Shown: in pieces, positions 1-9,616 of the stretch | How the letters are laid out: the number at the start of each line of letters is the position of its first letter | Position numbering within the stretch: the first letter of the stretch is position 1 | Assembly: GCA_002788675.1 (NCBI GenBank) | Contig: PFRS01000005.1 | Coordinates: 67,731 to 131,730 of the forward strand | Reading direction: 5' to 3' | DNA length: 64,000 nt | DNA from: Candidatus Pacebacteria bacterium CG_4_9_14_0_2_um_filter_40_15 | GTDB taxonomy: Bacteria > Patescibacteriota > Microgenomatia > UBA1400 > PJMF01 | Notes under the pieces: generated by a model | Database searches by the model: none | Told to the model about the DNA's origin: nothing | The model's input: only the letters and a program-made list of their open reading frames with translations | Position numbers and translations under genes: made by a program

Positions 1-882
1 AACCCAACAGAGTTAGCAGATGTTGATCCCAAAAAAATCATGGAATCACGCGAAGCAAAGTATCCGTATCGAGAATGGTTATTTGCAAAAGAACATCGTG
101 GCGAGTTTTCATGGACACTAGGACTTTGGGGAACACAAGCTAAAGCAGATATTGTTGGGCTCAGTTTAGAAGACTATTGGGAACAAATTATTCATGCCTG
201 CTATCTCGATGCTAAAGATCCTATTGCAGAATGGAAACGACTGAGCGGTTTACAAATTGAGATTAAAGAAAGACTGAATGCACTTGAAATTGATCACATT
301 CACATAGAAGGTGAAGATGTTGACCTCATTGTTAAATTAGGAGCAAACCGTGCCTGGAAAACTGGTAGTGGTTGTAATATTCCTAGTTTTGAACACTTTA
401 CTTCACCTGACTGGAGAGGTACTCAAGGTTGGATTACATTTAATCAGCCACTCTATAGATATGGCAACATAATTGAAGGTATTAAACTCAAGTTTAAAGA
501 TGGTCTTGTAGTTGAATTTTCTGCAACAAAAGGCGAAAAGATTCTTAAAGACATGCTCTCAACTAGAAACGCCGATAAGTTGGGCGAATTTTCACTTACA
601 GACAAACGTCTTTCTAGAATTACTCATCCTATGGCCGAGACGCTGTATGATGAAAATATTGGTGGGCCATTTGGTAACACTCATGTAGCTGTGGGTATGG
701 CGTATAAAGACTGTTATAAAGGTAAAGCTTCAACTGTCTCCGAAGAACAATGGATAGAAATGGGGTATAACAATTCGTCTGTCCATACCGACATAGTCAG
801 TACAACAAATCGAACAGCAACTGCGACACTTATAGATGGCACAGAACTTGTGATCTATAAAGATGGCATGTTTGTGCTCTAA
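1..882 (+). CDS. Aminopeptidase, M29 (AmpS/aminopeptidase T) family, 5'-truncated by the window edge. The frame is open from nt 1.
   Basis: Frame 1 is open from position 1. The C-terminal 290 aa resemble thermophilic metalloprotease M29 family proteins. The ORF track lists 40..882. Confidence 0.55.
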   Translation, partial: NPTELADVDPKKIMESREAKYPYREWLFAKEHRGEFSWTLGLWGTQAKADIVGLSLEDYWEQIIHACYLDAKDPIAEWKRLSGLQIEIKERLNALEIDHIHIEGEDVDLIVKLGANRAWKTGSGCNIPSFEHFTSPDWRGTQGWITFNQPLYRYGNIIEGIKLKFKDGLVVEFSATKGEKILKDMLSTRNADKLGEFSLTDKRLSRITHPMAETLYDENIGGPFGNTHVAVGMAYKDCYKGKASTVSEEQWIEMGYNNSSVHTDIVSTTNRTATATLIDGTELVIYKDGMFVL

Positions 883-1125
883 CAATTCTAGAAACCGAAA
901 AATTTCAAGCCAACTGTCCCAAGTAAAAAAATAACTAGATGAGTAATACACACAAATAGTATTGACCGCTTAAGAACTTTAAAGATTACACTCCACATTC
1001 CCAAGCTAAGGAAGATACTCAGTATTCCTCCCATAAGAATGATGTCTCCCAAAGAAGATTCCATACAAGTCCAACCTATTACTTGAGTACAGACTTGAAA
1101 GTATGGAACCAATGCTCAATACGGG

Positions 1126-1156
1126 AAAAAAACACAACTGATTGTAGAACAATCAG
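1126..1156 (-). terminator. Putative intrinsic terminator downstream of fbaB
   Basis: Hairpin CTGATTGT-aga-ACAATCAG at 1138..1156. On the minus strand it is followed by TTGTG and a T7 run (plus-strand A-run 1126..1132). Confidence 0.4.
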
Positions 1157-1211
1157 AAATAGTACAGTAAGAACCCCTCTAATTCAAGTAGTGTTGTTAT
1201 TAGTTGCTGAT

Positions 1212-2276
1212 TTAGGCAATAGTAATTTCTTCATTCAAATACACATCCTGCACGGCATGCAACATTTCAACCCCATCAGCAAATGGTTTCTTAAAGACTT
1301 TTCGACCCATTATTAAACCACAGCCTCCGCCGCGCTTATTAATAACTGCACTGCGAACAGCTTCGGCCATATCAGCTTCTCCGCCCTTAGACTCGCCGCC
1401 TGAATTAATTAATCCAATTTTTCCTAAGTAACTATGAGCAACCTGATAACGTACCAAATCGATCGGATTATCTGTTGTTAAAATATCGTACATTTCGTCG
1501 GTGTATTTACTAAATTTTAGTGCCTGGAATGCATGAAGTGGCAAAGGCATCTTCTGCTTAACAATATCTGCCTGGATAGTTACCCCAATATGAATAGCTT
1601 GAGAGGTAACATCAACCGAGTTTGTGTAATCAGTTTCACCTTCTTTATAGTTAGGATTTCGAGGGTAACACCACAAAATGGTAAAGAGACCCAATTCATG
1701 AGCTCGGGCAAATGCCCTACTCACTTCAACAATTTGACGATGTGACTTATCAGAACCAAAATATATAGTTGCTCCCACGCCTGCTGCACCTAATGCTGCC
1801 GCCTGTTCGACACTAGCAAACATAAGCTGGTCTGCATTTTCAGGCAGGGTGAGATGTTCACTATGATTGAGTTTTACAATAAATGGAATTTTATCCGCAT
1901 ATCTTTTTGCATGTAATCCAAGCACACCAAGAGTAGAAGCTACACCATTGGTGCCACCTTCAATTGCCATTTGCAAAATGTTTTCTGGATCAAAATAGAT
2001 TGGATTATTGTAAAAAGAGTATGCTGCCGTATGCTCCATACCTTGATCGACAGGAAAGATTGAAAGATAGCCTGTACCTGCCAATCTTCCGGTATTGTAG
2101 AGACGATCTAAGTTTGCCATTACTGCTTCTGAACGATCAGAATCAGTAAATATTTCTGCAACATGATTTGGACCAGTGTGATGTAACACCTCTGCAGGAA
2201 TTCGTTCACAAGTGTGAGAAAGTAATGAGTTTGCCTCGTTTCCAAGGAGAGATTCGATGTGATCAATTGTGAGCAT
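1212..2276 (-). CDS. fbaB: Class I fructose-bisphosphate aldolase, DhnA/FbaB type
   Basis: Motifs LYNTGRLAGTGYLSI(F/L)PVDQG and the N-terminal region align with E. coli FbaB. The likely start is the second Met (MLTIDH); the ORF track extends to 2297. Confidence 0.8.
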   Translation of the reverse strand: MLTIDHIESLLGNEANSLLSHTCERIPAEVLHHTGPNHVAEIFTDSDRSEAVMANLDRLYNTGRLAGTGYLSIFPVDQGMEHTAAYSFYNNPIYFDPENILQMAIEGGTNGVASTLGVLGLHAKRYADKIPFIVKLNHSEHLTLPENADQLMFASVEQAAALGAAGVGATIYFGSDKSHRQIVEVSRAFARAHELGLFTILWCYPRNPNYKEGETDYTNSVDVTSQAIHIGVTIQADIVKQKMPLPLHAFQALKFSKYTDEMYDILTTDNPIDLVRYQVAHSYLGKIGLINSGGESKGGEADMAEAVRSAVINKRGGGCGLIMGRKVFKKPFADGVEMLHAVQDVYLNEEITIA

Positions 2277-2372
2277 AGGCGGACTTTTTGGTACCAACTT
2301 CTGTACCAGTGTTGTAATCTATAGTACTATGAATAGTGTAGCAAACTGTATGAATTAGAAAAAGTCTGTTAA

Positions 2373-4028
2373 ATGAATACTACTATATCAAAACAACATC
2401 CAATCGCGTATCTCTGTGCAGAATATGGTGTTGCCACCGAATTACCAATCTATGCTGGAGGTCTTGGTGTCCTTGCAGGAGACACTGTAAAAGCGGCAGC
2501 CGATATGGCGGCTCCGTTTGTTGCTGTTGGACTACTGTATAGAGGACATGGGGTAGTACAAAACCTGTCACCAGAAGGGTTACAAACTGAGGGCGACTAT
2601 TACTTCGACCCACTTGAGAATGGTCTTGAGCATGTGTATCTAGACGAAGAGCCACTATTTATCAAAGTTCACCTTACTGAGCTTGATGTGTGGCTCCGTG
2701 TCTGGAAAAAGGATATGGGTAATGGAGTGACGCTTTATCTACTGGATAGTGAAACTGACCAAAATGAATTAGTTGAACGTGACATAACTCAAGTTCTCTA
2801 TTCCGGTACGCAAGAAAATCTGATTAAACAACAACTCATTTTAGGTATTGGAGGAGTTAAATTACTCTCTAAACTTGGTATCACTCCAAGTGTGTATCAT
2901 ATTAATGAGGGCAGACCTGCTTTCGCACACTGGCAACTTATTCGCATGTTTATGGATGACTATGGCATGAACTACGATGAAGCAAAAAGTGCTGCAATAG
3001 AAAAAACAGTCTATACAAACCACACGTTAGTTGCAGCTGGAAATCAATCATATCCACCTGAACTCATTAAGATGTATAGCGCCTACTATGCAACCAAAAT
3101 GGGCATTTCAAACGACGTCTTAATTTCCGATGGTCTAGATGAGAATGGACAATTTTCCATTACTAGATTCGCTCTTAATACCTCACATCGTGCTAATGGC
3201 GTGAGTACGCTGCATACACAACTTTCAGAAAAGTCTTGGCCTCAGTATTCTTGGGTTAATGTAACTAATGGTGTGCATCGATCTACTTGGCAAGCACCTC
3301 ATATTGTTGAATCAAGTACTTCTAATATTTCACTTTGGAACACACACCTCTTACTTAAAAAAGAGACAATGCAATTTATTCAAAAACAAACAGGTTTTGG
3401 CTATGATGAAAATAAGTTGGTGCTAGGATGGGCACGAAGACTAGCGGGATATAAGCAGCTTCCAGTTCTTTTTTCAGATTTGGCACGTCTAAAAGCAATT
3501 TTGCAACATACCGACAGACCAGTACAACTTCTTATTTCAGGAAAAGCACATATGGGAGATACCATGGGTAAACAAATGCTTCAGCAGATCATTGGTTATT
3601 TTACGAATGAACTTTCGGGTTCTGCTCTCTTCATTCCCAACTATAATATCGAGGTTGCTCAACACCTCACCCGAGGCGTCGATGTGTGGCTCAATACGCC
3701 TGAGCTCGGCATGGAAGCTTGTGGGACGAGTGGTATGAAAGCTACCCTTAACGGTATACCCAACTGCACTGTAGCTGATGGATGGGCTCAAGAAGTTGCT
3801 TGGGATGGAACACAAGGCTGGGAGCTCGATAGCACTAGCATTGCTGAGCATTTTTATCAATTACTTGAAGACACTATCGCACCACTGTACTACCAAAGAG
3901 ATGAGCATGGCACTCCTAATGAATGGGTTGAAATTATGAAAAATGCCATTGCCCTTGGCAATAAATACACTGGAGAAAGAATGCTCAACGAATATATCGA
4001 TACACTGTATGTTCAAGATAACTCCTAA
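2373..4028 (+). CDS. glgP: Alpha-glucan (glycogen/maltodextrin) phosphorylase, GT35 short form
   Basis: N-terminal IYAGGLGVLAGD motif and PLP-lysine motif EACGTSGMKATLNG. 551 aa. Confidence 0.8.
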   Translation: MNTTISKQHPIAYLCAEYGVATELPIYAGGLGVLAGDTVKAAADMAAPFVAVGLLYRGHGVVQNLSPEGLQTEGDYYFDPLENGLEHVYLDEEPLFIKVHLTELDVWLRVWKKDMGNGVTLYLLDSETDQNELVERDITQVLYSGTQENLIKQQLILGIGGVKLLSKLGITPSVYHINEGRPAFAHWQLIRMFMDDYGMNYDEAKSAAIEKTVYTNHTLVAAGNQSYPPELIKMYSAYYATKMGISNDVLISDGLDENGQFSITRFALNTSHRANGVSTLHTQLSEKSWPQYSWVNVTNGVHRSTWQAPHIVESSTSNISLWNTHLLLKKETMQFIQKQTGFGYDENKLVLGWARRLAGYKQLPVLFSDLARLKAILQHTDRPVQLLISGKAHMGDTMGKQMLQQIIGYFTNELSGSALFIPNYNIEVAQHLTRGVDVWLNTPELGMEACGTSGMKATLNGIPNCTVADGWAQEVAWDGTQGWELDSTSIAEHFYQLLEDTIAPLYYQRDEHGTPNEWVEIMKNAIALGNKYTGERMLNEYIDTLYVQDNS

Positions 4029-4048
4029 GTTGAGTTTAGAAAAAACGT

Positions 4049-4354
4049 ATGCCAATTCAAAAGTTTAAAAAATATTATCAGCTTATGATCGCACAAAACC
4101 AAAAGATGTTTGACGCATTTGCCCTCGTTCACACTAACTTTGTAAATGATCCAGAAAAGTATGCCTCGCAATTTCATTCAGAAGGTATTGATGTTTTAGA
4201 CACCATTCGATTTTGGGAGCGAAAGTTATGTTCTGGTATGGAAAAAGGTCATAATGGCCAGTACTCAATAAAGCTGGCTGAAAAGTTTTGGGGAGAAGTA
4301 AGAAAACATTTTAGCCATATTGATCAAGTTGGCGTTCAAATTACAAAAAAATAA
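4049..4354 (+). CDS. Hypothetical protein (101 aa)
   Basis: ORF only; no recognisable motif. Confidence 0.3.
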   Translation: MPIQKFKKYYQLMIAQNQKMFDAFALVHTNFVNDPEKYASQFHSEGIDVLDTIRFWERKLCSGMEKGHNGQYSIKLAEKFWGEVRKHFSHIDQVGVQITKK

Positions 4355-4365
4355 GTGCTAAACAT

Positions 4366-6033
4366 ATGGATATATTTATAGAACTCAGTTTGATCATTAC
4401 GATCACGACCTTTGTTTCATTTATTATGAAACGCCTGAAACAACCGTTGGTTGTTGGCTATATTTTAAGTGGGCTGTTACTTGGTCCAATGTTTCTTAAT
4501 CTTATACAATCAACTGAAATCATTGAAATCTTTTCAAAACTAGGAATCTCAATTTTACTTTTTATTGTTGGGATACATTTAAGTCCCAAAATTATTAAAG
4601 AAGTAGGTTCTGTTTCTTTAATTACTGGAGTAGGACAAGTACTGTTTACTTCGATTATTGGTTTTGCCTTGTCAATTTTCCTGGGACTAGATACCACTGC
4701 AGCCATGTATGTAGCGATTGCGCTTACATTTAGTAGCACTATCATTATTTTAAAGCTTCTCTCAGACAAAGGTGACGTCCATAGTTTGTATGGAAAAATT
4801 GCCGTTGGCTTTCTACTCGTTCAAGATGTAATTGCTACCATAATCTTAATCATTGTCTCTTCAACTGCCTCTGCTCAGGGCACATCAATACCTCTTGTTC
4901 TGCTTACAACCCTTCTGAAAGGTGGATTTATTGTCATTGTTATCACCTTACTTGAAAAAGTACTCTTACCTAAGCTGCTCAAAGCTGCTTCCGATAGTTC
5001 AGAACTCCTATTTATCTTCTCACTCAGCTGGGGACTTGGTTTTTCTGCCCTTTTCTATGCACTAGGTTTATCTGTTGAAATTGGAGCACTTATTAGTGGT
5101 GTAGTCTTATCTTCATCGGCCTATGCAGAAGAAATTAGTTCTCGTTTGCGACCCCTCAGAGACTTCTTTATTGTGATGTTCTTTGTGCTCCTAGGCTCAT
5201 CAATGACCTTTTCTGGCGGCCTAACTATGCTGATACCTGTTGTAGTGCTCTCACTCTTTGTACTTGTCGGTAACCCAGTAATTGTCTTGATCATCATGAA
5301 CTTACTTGGCTTCCATAAAAAGACCGGTTTTCAAGCAGGCTTAACCGTTGCCCAAATAAGTGAGTTTAGTTTGATTTTAGCCACACTCGCGTTCCACATT
5401 GGGCATATTAATAAAGATATCCTCACGATGATCACGTTGGTTGGATTAATAACTATCGCTGGTTCAACATACTTAATTTTATACTCCGAACCAATCTATC
5501 AAAAAATAGAAAAGTATCTTTCATTCTTAGAGCTTCGCAAAAATAATAAGAGTACCACTGGTAAATATGCTAAAGTTGAAAGCTTTATCTTTGGCTTTAA
5601 TCGCGTAGGCACAACCTTTATGGATACCTTCAAGGATCTTGGCTATACTGTGGGTGTGGTAGATTTTGATCCCAATACGCTCGATCGCTTACCTAAAAAA
5701 GGCGCTCAGTATTATTATGGAGATGCTCAGGATGTTGAATTTTTAGGTGAACTGCCACTCAGTTACGCAAAGTTTGTTGTTTCATCCATTAAAGATTTAG
5801 AAACAAATGCAACCTTAGTTAAACACCTGAAAGATCAACATAAAAATGCCATCATTATTGTGTTTGCTGAAACTTCTGAGGATGCTCAAACACTCTATGA
5901 CGTCGGTGCCAACTATGTTGTACTCCCTCATTTTATCGGTGCAGATTCAACAGCAAAGTTTATAAAACGTGTTGGCTATTCTAAAGAAAGTTTCGAGTAT
6001 AAAAAAGAACAAATACTCAAGCAATGGGCTTAA
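4366..6033 (+). CDS. Monovalent cation:proton antiporter (CPA2, KefB/Kch-like) with C-terminal RCK/TrkA-N domain
   Basis: About 12 TM helices. C-terminal Rossmann motif GFNRVGTTFMDTFKDLGYTVGVVDFD. Confidence 0.75.
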   Translation: MDIFIELSLIITITTFVSFIMKRLKQPLVVGYILSGLLLGPMFLNLIQSTEIIEIFSKLGISILLFIVGIHLSPKIIKEVGSVSLITGVGQVLFTSIIGFALSIFLGLDTTAAMYVAIALTFSSTIIILKLLSDKGDVHSLYGKIAVGFLLVQDVIATIILIIVSSTASAQGTSIPLVLLTTLLKGGFIVIVITLLEKVLLPKLLKAASDSSELLFIFSLSWGLGFSALFYALGLSVEIGALISGVVLSSSAYAEEISSRLRPLRDFFIVMFFVLLGSSMTFSGGLTMLIPVVVLSLFVLVGNPVIVLIIMNLLGFHKKTGFQAGLTVAQISEFSLILATLAFHIGHINKDILTMITLVGLITIAGSTYLILYSEPIYQKIEKYLSFLELRKNNKSTTGKYAKVESFIFGFNRVGTTFMDTFKDLGYTVGVVDFDPNTLDRLPKKGAQYYYGDAQDVEFLGELPLSYAKFVVSSIKDLETNATLVKHLKDQHKNAIIIVFAETSEDAQTLYDVGANYVVLPHFIGADSTAKFIKRVGYSKESFEYKKEQILKQWA

Positions 6034-6074
6034 CTATTTGTACTCTTGTGGTACACTATACCCATTGCTTTCGC

Positions 6075-6145
6075 TCCCGGATAGTGAAGTGGCATCACCA
6101 CAGTTTCTGGAACTGTTATCCTAGGTTCGAACCCTAGTCCGGGAT
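6075..6145 (+). tRNA. tRNA-Gln (anticodon CUG)
   Basis: Manual cloverleaf: acceptor TCCCGGA/TCCGGGA (U1-A72), D-stem GTGA/TCAC, anticodon stem ACAGT/ACTGT with loop TTCTGGA, T-stem CTAGG/CCTAG with loop TTCGAAC. CCA is not encoded. Confidence 0.8.
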
Positions 6146-6150
6146 CACAT

Positions 6151-6178
6151 AAAAAAATTCCCAAAAGGGAATTTTTTT
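6151..6178 (+). terminator. Intrinsic terminator after tRNA-Gln
   Basis: Hairpin AATTCCC-aaaa-GGGAATT followed by a T7 run. An A-run precedes it, so it is possibly bidirectional. Confidence 0.6.
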
Positions 6179-6294
6179 ATGTATTTCTGGCTCGTAGATG
6201 CGATCAGTCGCGCCAGCAAGAAGTGAGCACCGGCGAACTTCCTGCTTAGTGCATGTGAGCTTCCTTAAGTAGATAAAAATAGCAGCGAATCGTA

Positions 6295-6312
6295 AACCCT
6301 AGTCCGGGATCA
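6295..6312 (+). repeat. 18-bp direct repeat of the tRNA-Gln 3' end (AACCCTAGTCCGGGATCA)
   Basis: Identical to 6130..6147 inside the tRNA. No complete tRNA can be folded around the second copy. Confidence 0.7.
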
Positions 6313-6526
6313 GATATGATTCATCTTTCTGTTCATGAATCATAATTCTTTTCTAATTTCCAACTTATTTACTGATATATACATCTAACACTCTTATGGG
6401 TTATAATTCACTCCCTTTCTTTCAAGACCGTTGCTTTCAGCACGATTGCAACATGTCTATAAAGAATTGAGATCTGTTCTTTAATATTTAGTTTAAAAAC
6501 TTTTCAAAAATAAGGAGTATTACAAC

Positions 6527-9202
6527 ATGATCACAAGATCAAGATTTTTATTCATATTCTTTCTTATCGGAACGGTACTCGCCGTATCTGCGCTCACTGC
6601 TCAGAATCATAGTGCTAATGCTTCAAATCAACAATCTGTTGAAGAAGTAGTAGCTACTGCTAAAATGGTCGTTGCAGGTGGATATCACACTTGTGCAATT
6701 ACGGATAGTGATTCAGTTAAATGTTGGGGTTCAAATGTCAAAGGTCAACTCGGTAATGGAACATATATTAGTAGTTCGGTACCTGTTGATGTAATTGGTT
6801 TACCAACTGGCATCAGACACATTGCTCTTGCAGGATTTAGTACTTCTGTTGTTACAGACACAGGACTTGTCTATTGGTTTGGTGAAGGTAGTACTACACC
6901 GAACCTGAATTCTTATGTAAATAACGTAGCACAAGTTGTAATGGGTAATGCCCATACATGTGTACTCACTAATGACAACTCTGTTAAATGCTGGGGTGAT
7001 AACCAAGATGGGCAGCTTGGTGATGGAAATATACCAACCGACAGCTATTTACCCGTTACTCCAATTGGATTAGAATCACAGGTGACATCACTCTCAGCAG
7101 GTCACTACTACAGTTGTGCAACAACTGAAAGTGGAAGTGTTCTGTGCTGGGGAAATAGCTTTGGGGCTCATCCCGTGCCAACTCAAATACCCGGCTTGGA
7201 CTCTGGCTATGTGGCTACTGCACTTGGTGCAGCACATGCATGTGCATTGTCTGTAACAGGTACTGTTAAATGCTGGGGACAGAATTATCTTAACCAGCTA
7301 GGAAATGGTAACAATGAGAACTCTGCACTTCCTGTCAATGTTTTATTGAATGCAAATGCAACAAGTATTTCAAGCTACCTGTACCATACGTGTGTCACTA
7401 CCAGTACGGGTGGAGCAAAATGTTGGGGTTGGAGCACTTCCGGTGAACTTGGTAACAACAGTACTGAGTTAACCACTGTACCGGTCGATGTTATAACGAT
7501 CAACCCAGGAATTTCCAAAATTATCACTGGCCACTCTCTCTCATGCGTAATAACAACAAACCAGTCTGTTAAATGTTGGGGATATAATGACGACGGGCAG
7601 CTAGGCAATGGAACAACAAACTCTACGCTTACTCCTACAAATGTTGTTGGTTTCGGCGGAATGTCATGTACTGACATGAATGATGCAGACGGTGATGGTT
7701 TACCAAATGGCTGGGAAGTTTGTGGCTTTTATCTTGATGGTATTGTCGATGGCACACCTGATGTTGATTTACCTGCTCTTGGAGCAGATTGGCAACACAA
7801 GGATGTATTTCTTGAAATTGATTATATGGATGCAGGTCTAATCACAAATATTAGACCTAATGCTGATTCTGTTAAAATCATGGTTGAGGCTTTTGATAAT
7901 GCCCCAATTCAAAATATTGATGGATACTCTGGTATACATTTGCATGTTGACTATGGCAATAACGCTCCATTAACTTGGGGTACAGCTTCTTCTTGGGGAA
8001 ACCTATCTGAAGCTACTGAAATTCCCTACCAAAACTACCTAGTTCGCTTTGATATACCAAACGACACAGCTGATTGGTCAGTATATCAGCAAGTTATGCA
8101 CTTGCAATTTACTGAAGCAAGAAGTCACGTCTTTCATTACCAAATTCACACTGGCCTAACTGACAGAGATACATTGAGAATTCTCGGAGTATCAAATAAT
8201 ATTCCTGGTCAATTTTCAACAGTTAATAGATATGACATTGGCTACTTACCACTTCACATACAAAGGTCACCTCAAAGTGTAGCAGGCACAAGTATGCATG
8301 AATTGGGACATAATCTTGGTTTGCATCACGGCGGGACAGATGATCGTCAATATAAACCGAATTATCTCAGCATCATGAACTACTCTTTCACTAATGGCGG
8401 TCTAGTTATTAATAACAAAGATGGCAACTATAACTTTTCAATATTCAATGATATTAACCCACTAGTTGAGTATGAACTCAATGAACTTGTTGGTATTACA
8501 TCTTCAAGTGGTGAACCCATCAATAGTTACAAGACGTTCTACTACAGTGGGTACGCTGAACCAGAAAATATTGATGATCATAGAATACCAGCGTATGTAG
8601 GGCAACAAATTGATTGGGATAATGATGGTACTTTTGAGAATGTCGCTGCCAATAGTGTCAACTACAATGACAACTATTTAGAGGTCCTTGAAAGTTCAAA
8701 TGACTGGGAAAATATCCAATTCTTGTCTGATAATGGCGCAAGTTGTATTGGCCAAGTAATCTGTAATTATAACCAGGCTAAGACAACTTTTGTTGGAAAT
8801 CCATTTGTCACTGACCTTATGGAAGATGCTTTCCCTGACATATCACTCCCTCACAGCCTCTCAATGTCAATGAACTACTGGTTTGAGGTTGATGATACAG
8901 ACATAACATCAACAGTACCCGTTACAATTACAAATAGTGGCACAAACGTGAGTACAATTGAAATTTCCTATATAACAACTAGTACAACATTCACTACAAG
9001 TGCACTACCTACCAGTATAATTCTTGAGCCAGGTGCATCATATGTTTTAGACATTGGCCTTGACACTGTTGGCAAAATCATTGGGCATGAAGAGCTAATT
9101 GTTAAAACAACTGTTCAAGAGAATACTAATTGGACAGGCGAAACTCACGTAGAAGTTCACAAACAACTTAAGTATGTGTACTTGCCCATTATTCAAAAGT
9201 AA
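6527..9202 (+). CDS. Secreted multidomain protein: signal peptide, RCC1-type beta-propeller repeats, Asp-rich Ca-binding-like motif, metzincin-like zinc metalloprotease
   Basis: At least 6 repeats of the form CWG-x-N-x-x-GQLG(N/D)G. DADGDGLPNGWE motif. HELGHNLGLHHGG (HExxHxxGxxH) followed by a Met-turn-like SIMNY. Confidence 0.7.
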   Translation: MITRSRFLFIFFLIGTVLAVSALTAQNHSANASNQQSVEEVVATAKMVVAGGYHTCAITDSDSVKCWGSNVKGQLGNGTYISSSVPVDVIGLPTGIRHIALAGFSTSVVTDTGLVYWFGEGSTTPNLNSYVNNVAQVVMGNAHTCVLTNDNSVKCWGDNQDGQLGDGNIPTDSYLPVTPIGLESQVTSLSAGHYYSCATTESGSVLCWGNSFGAHPVPTQIPGLDSGYVATALGAAHACALSVTGTVKCWGQNYLNQLGNGNNENSALPVNVLLNANATSISSYLYHTCVTTSTGGAKCWGWSTSGELGNNSTELTTVPVDVITINPGISKIITGHSLSCVITTNQSVKCWGYNDDGQLGNGTTNSTLTPTNVVGFGGMSCTDMNDADGDGLPNGWEVCGFYLDGIVDGTPDVDLPALGADWQHKDVFLEIDYMDAGLITNIRPNADSVKIMVEAFDNAPIQNIDGYSGIHLHVDYGNNAPLTWGTASSWGNLSEATEIPYQNYLVRFDIPNDTADWSVYQQVMHLQFTEARSHVFHYQIHTGLTDRDTLRILGVSNNIPGQFSTVNRYDIGYLPLHIQRSPQSVAGTSMHELGHNLGLHHGGTDDRQYKPNYLSIMNYSFTNGGLVINNKDGNYNFSIFNDINPLVEYELNELVGITSSSGEPINSYKTFYYSGYAEPENIDDHRIPAYVGQQIDWDNDGTFENVAANSVNYNDNYLEVLESSNDWENIQFLSDNGASCIGQVICNYNQAKTTFVGNPFVTDLMEDAFPDISLPHSLSMSMNYWFEVDDTDITSTVPVTITNSGTNVSTIEISYITTSTTFTTSALPTSIILEPGASYVLDIGLDTVGKIIGHEELIVKTTVQENTNWTGETHVEVHKQLKYVYLPIIQK

Positions 9203-9226
9203 AAACTAAATAAAATTAAGATCAGA

Positions 9227-9252
9227 AAGAGCCAGGGTAACCTGGCTCTTTT
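9227..9252 (+). terminator. Intrinsic terminator after the 891-aa gene
   Basis: Hairpin AAAGAGCCAGG-gtaa-CCTGGCTCTTT followed by a T-run. Confidence 0.6.
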
Positions 9253-9377
9253 ACTACCTCAATCATTAGCACCATGTACATCTATCTCACAAAAGTTCCC
9301 AGCATTTGTAGAACAACTACTCACTTGAAAACTAAAAAAAAGGTTGTTAAAACCTTTTTAACTGATATACTATTCAC

Positions 9378-9605
9378 ATGGCCTCAAAGAAAAAAATCCT
9401 AGTACTTGTACTACCTTTTTTGGCAATTTTAACAATACTCATTGTATTTTTTGTCCATGATTGTGGATATCAGCCTATCTTTAGTGACGAAGTCAAATCA
9501 TGCCAATGTAATGGAGCAATTATAACTTATGGAGAACCTACCCTTCCAGAGGAGGATACTGGACATGGAAGCATGTGTATTGGACTTCTTATAAAAGACG
9601 ACTAA
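9378..9605 (+). CDS. Hypothetical small membrane protein (75 aa)
   Basis: Lys-rich N-terminus followed by one TM helix. Confidence 0.3.
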   Translation: MASKKKILVLVLPFLAILTILIVFFVHDCGYQPIFSDEVKSCQCNGAIITYGEPTLPEEDTGHGSMCIGLLIKDD

Positions 9606-9616
9606 AAATTTGCGCT

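Noticed and set aside
6148-6312. Possibility that a second tRNA lies at the downstream repeat
   Set aside because: No complementary 5' acceptor strand (TCCCGGA) or T-stem partner precedes the second copy. Only the 3' 18 nt are duplicated.
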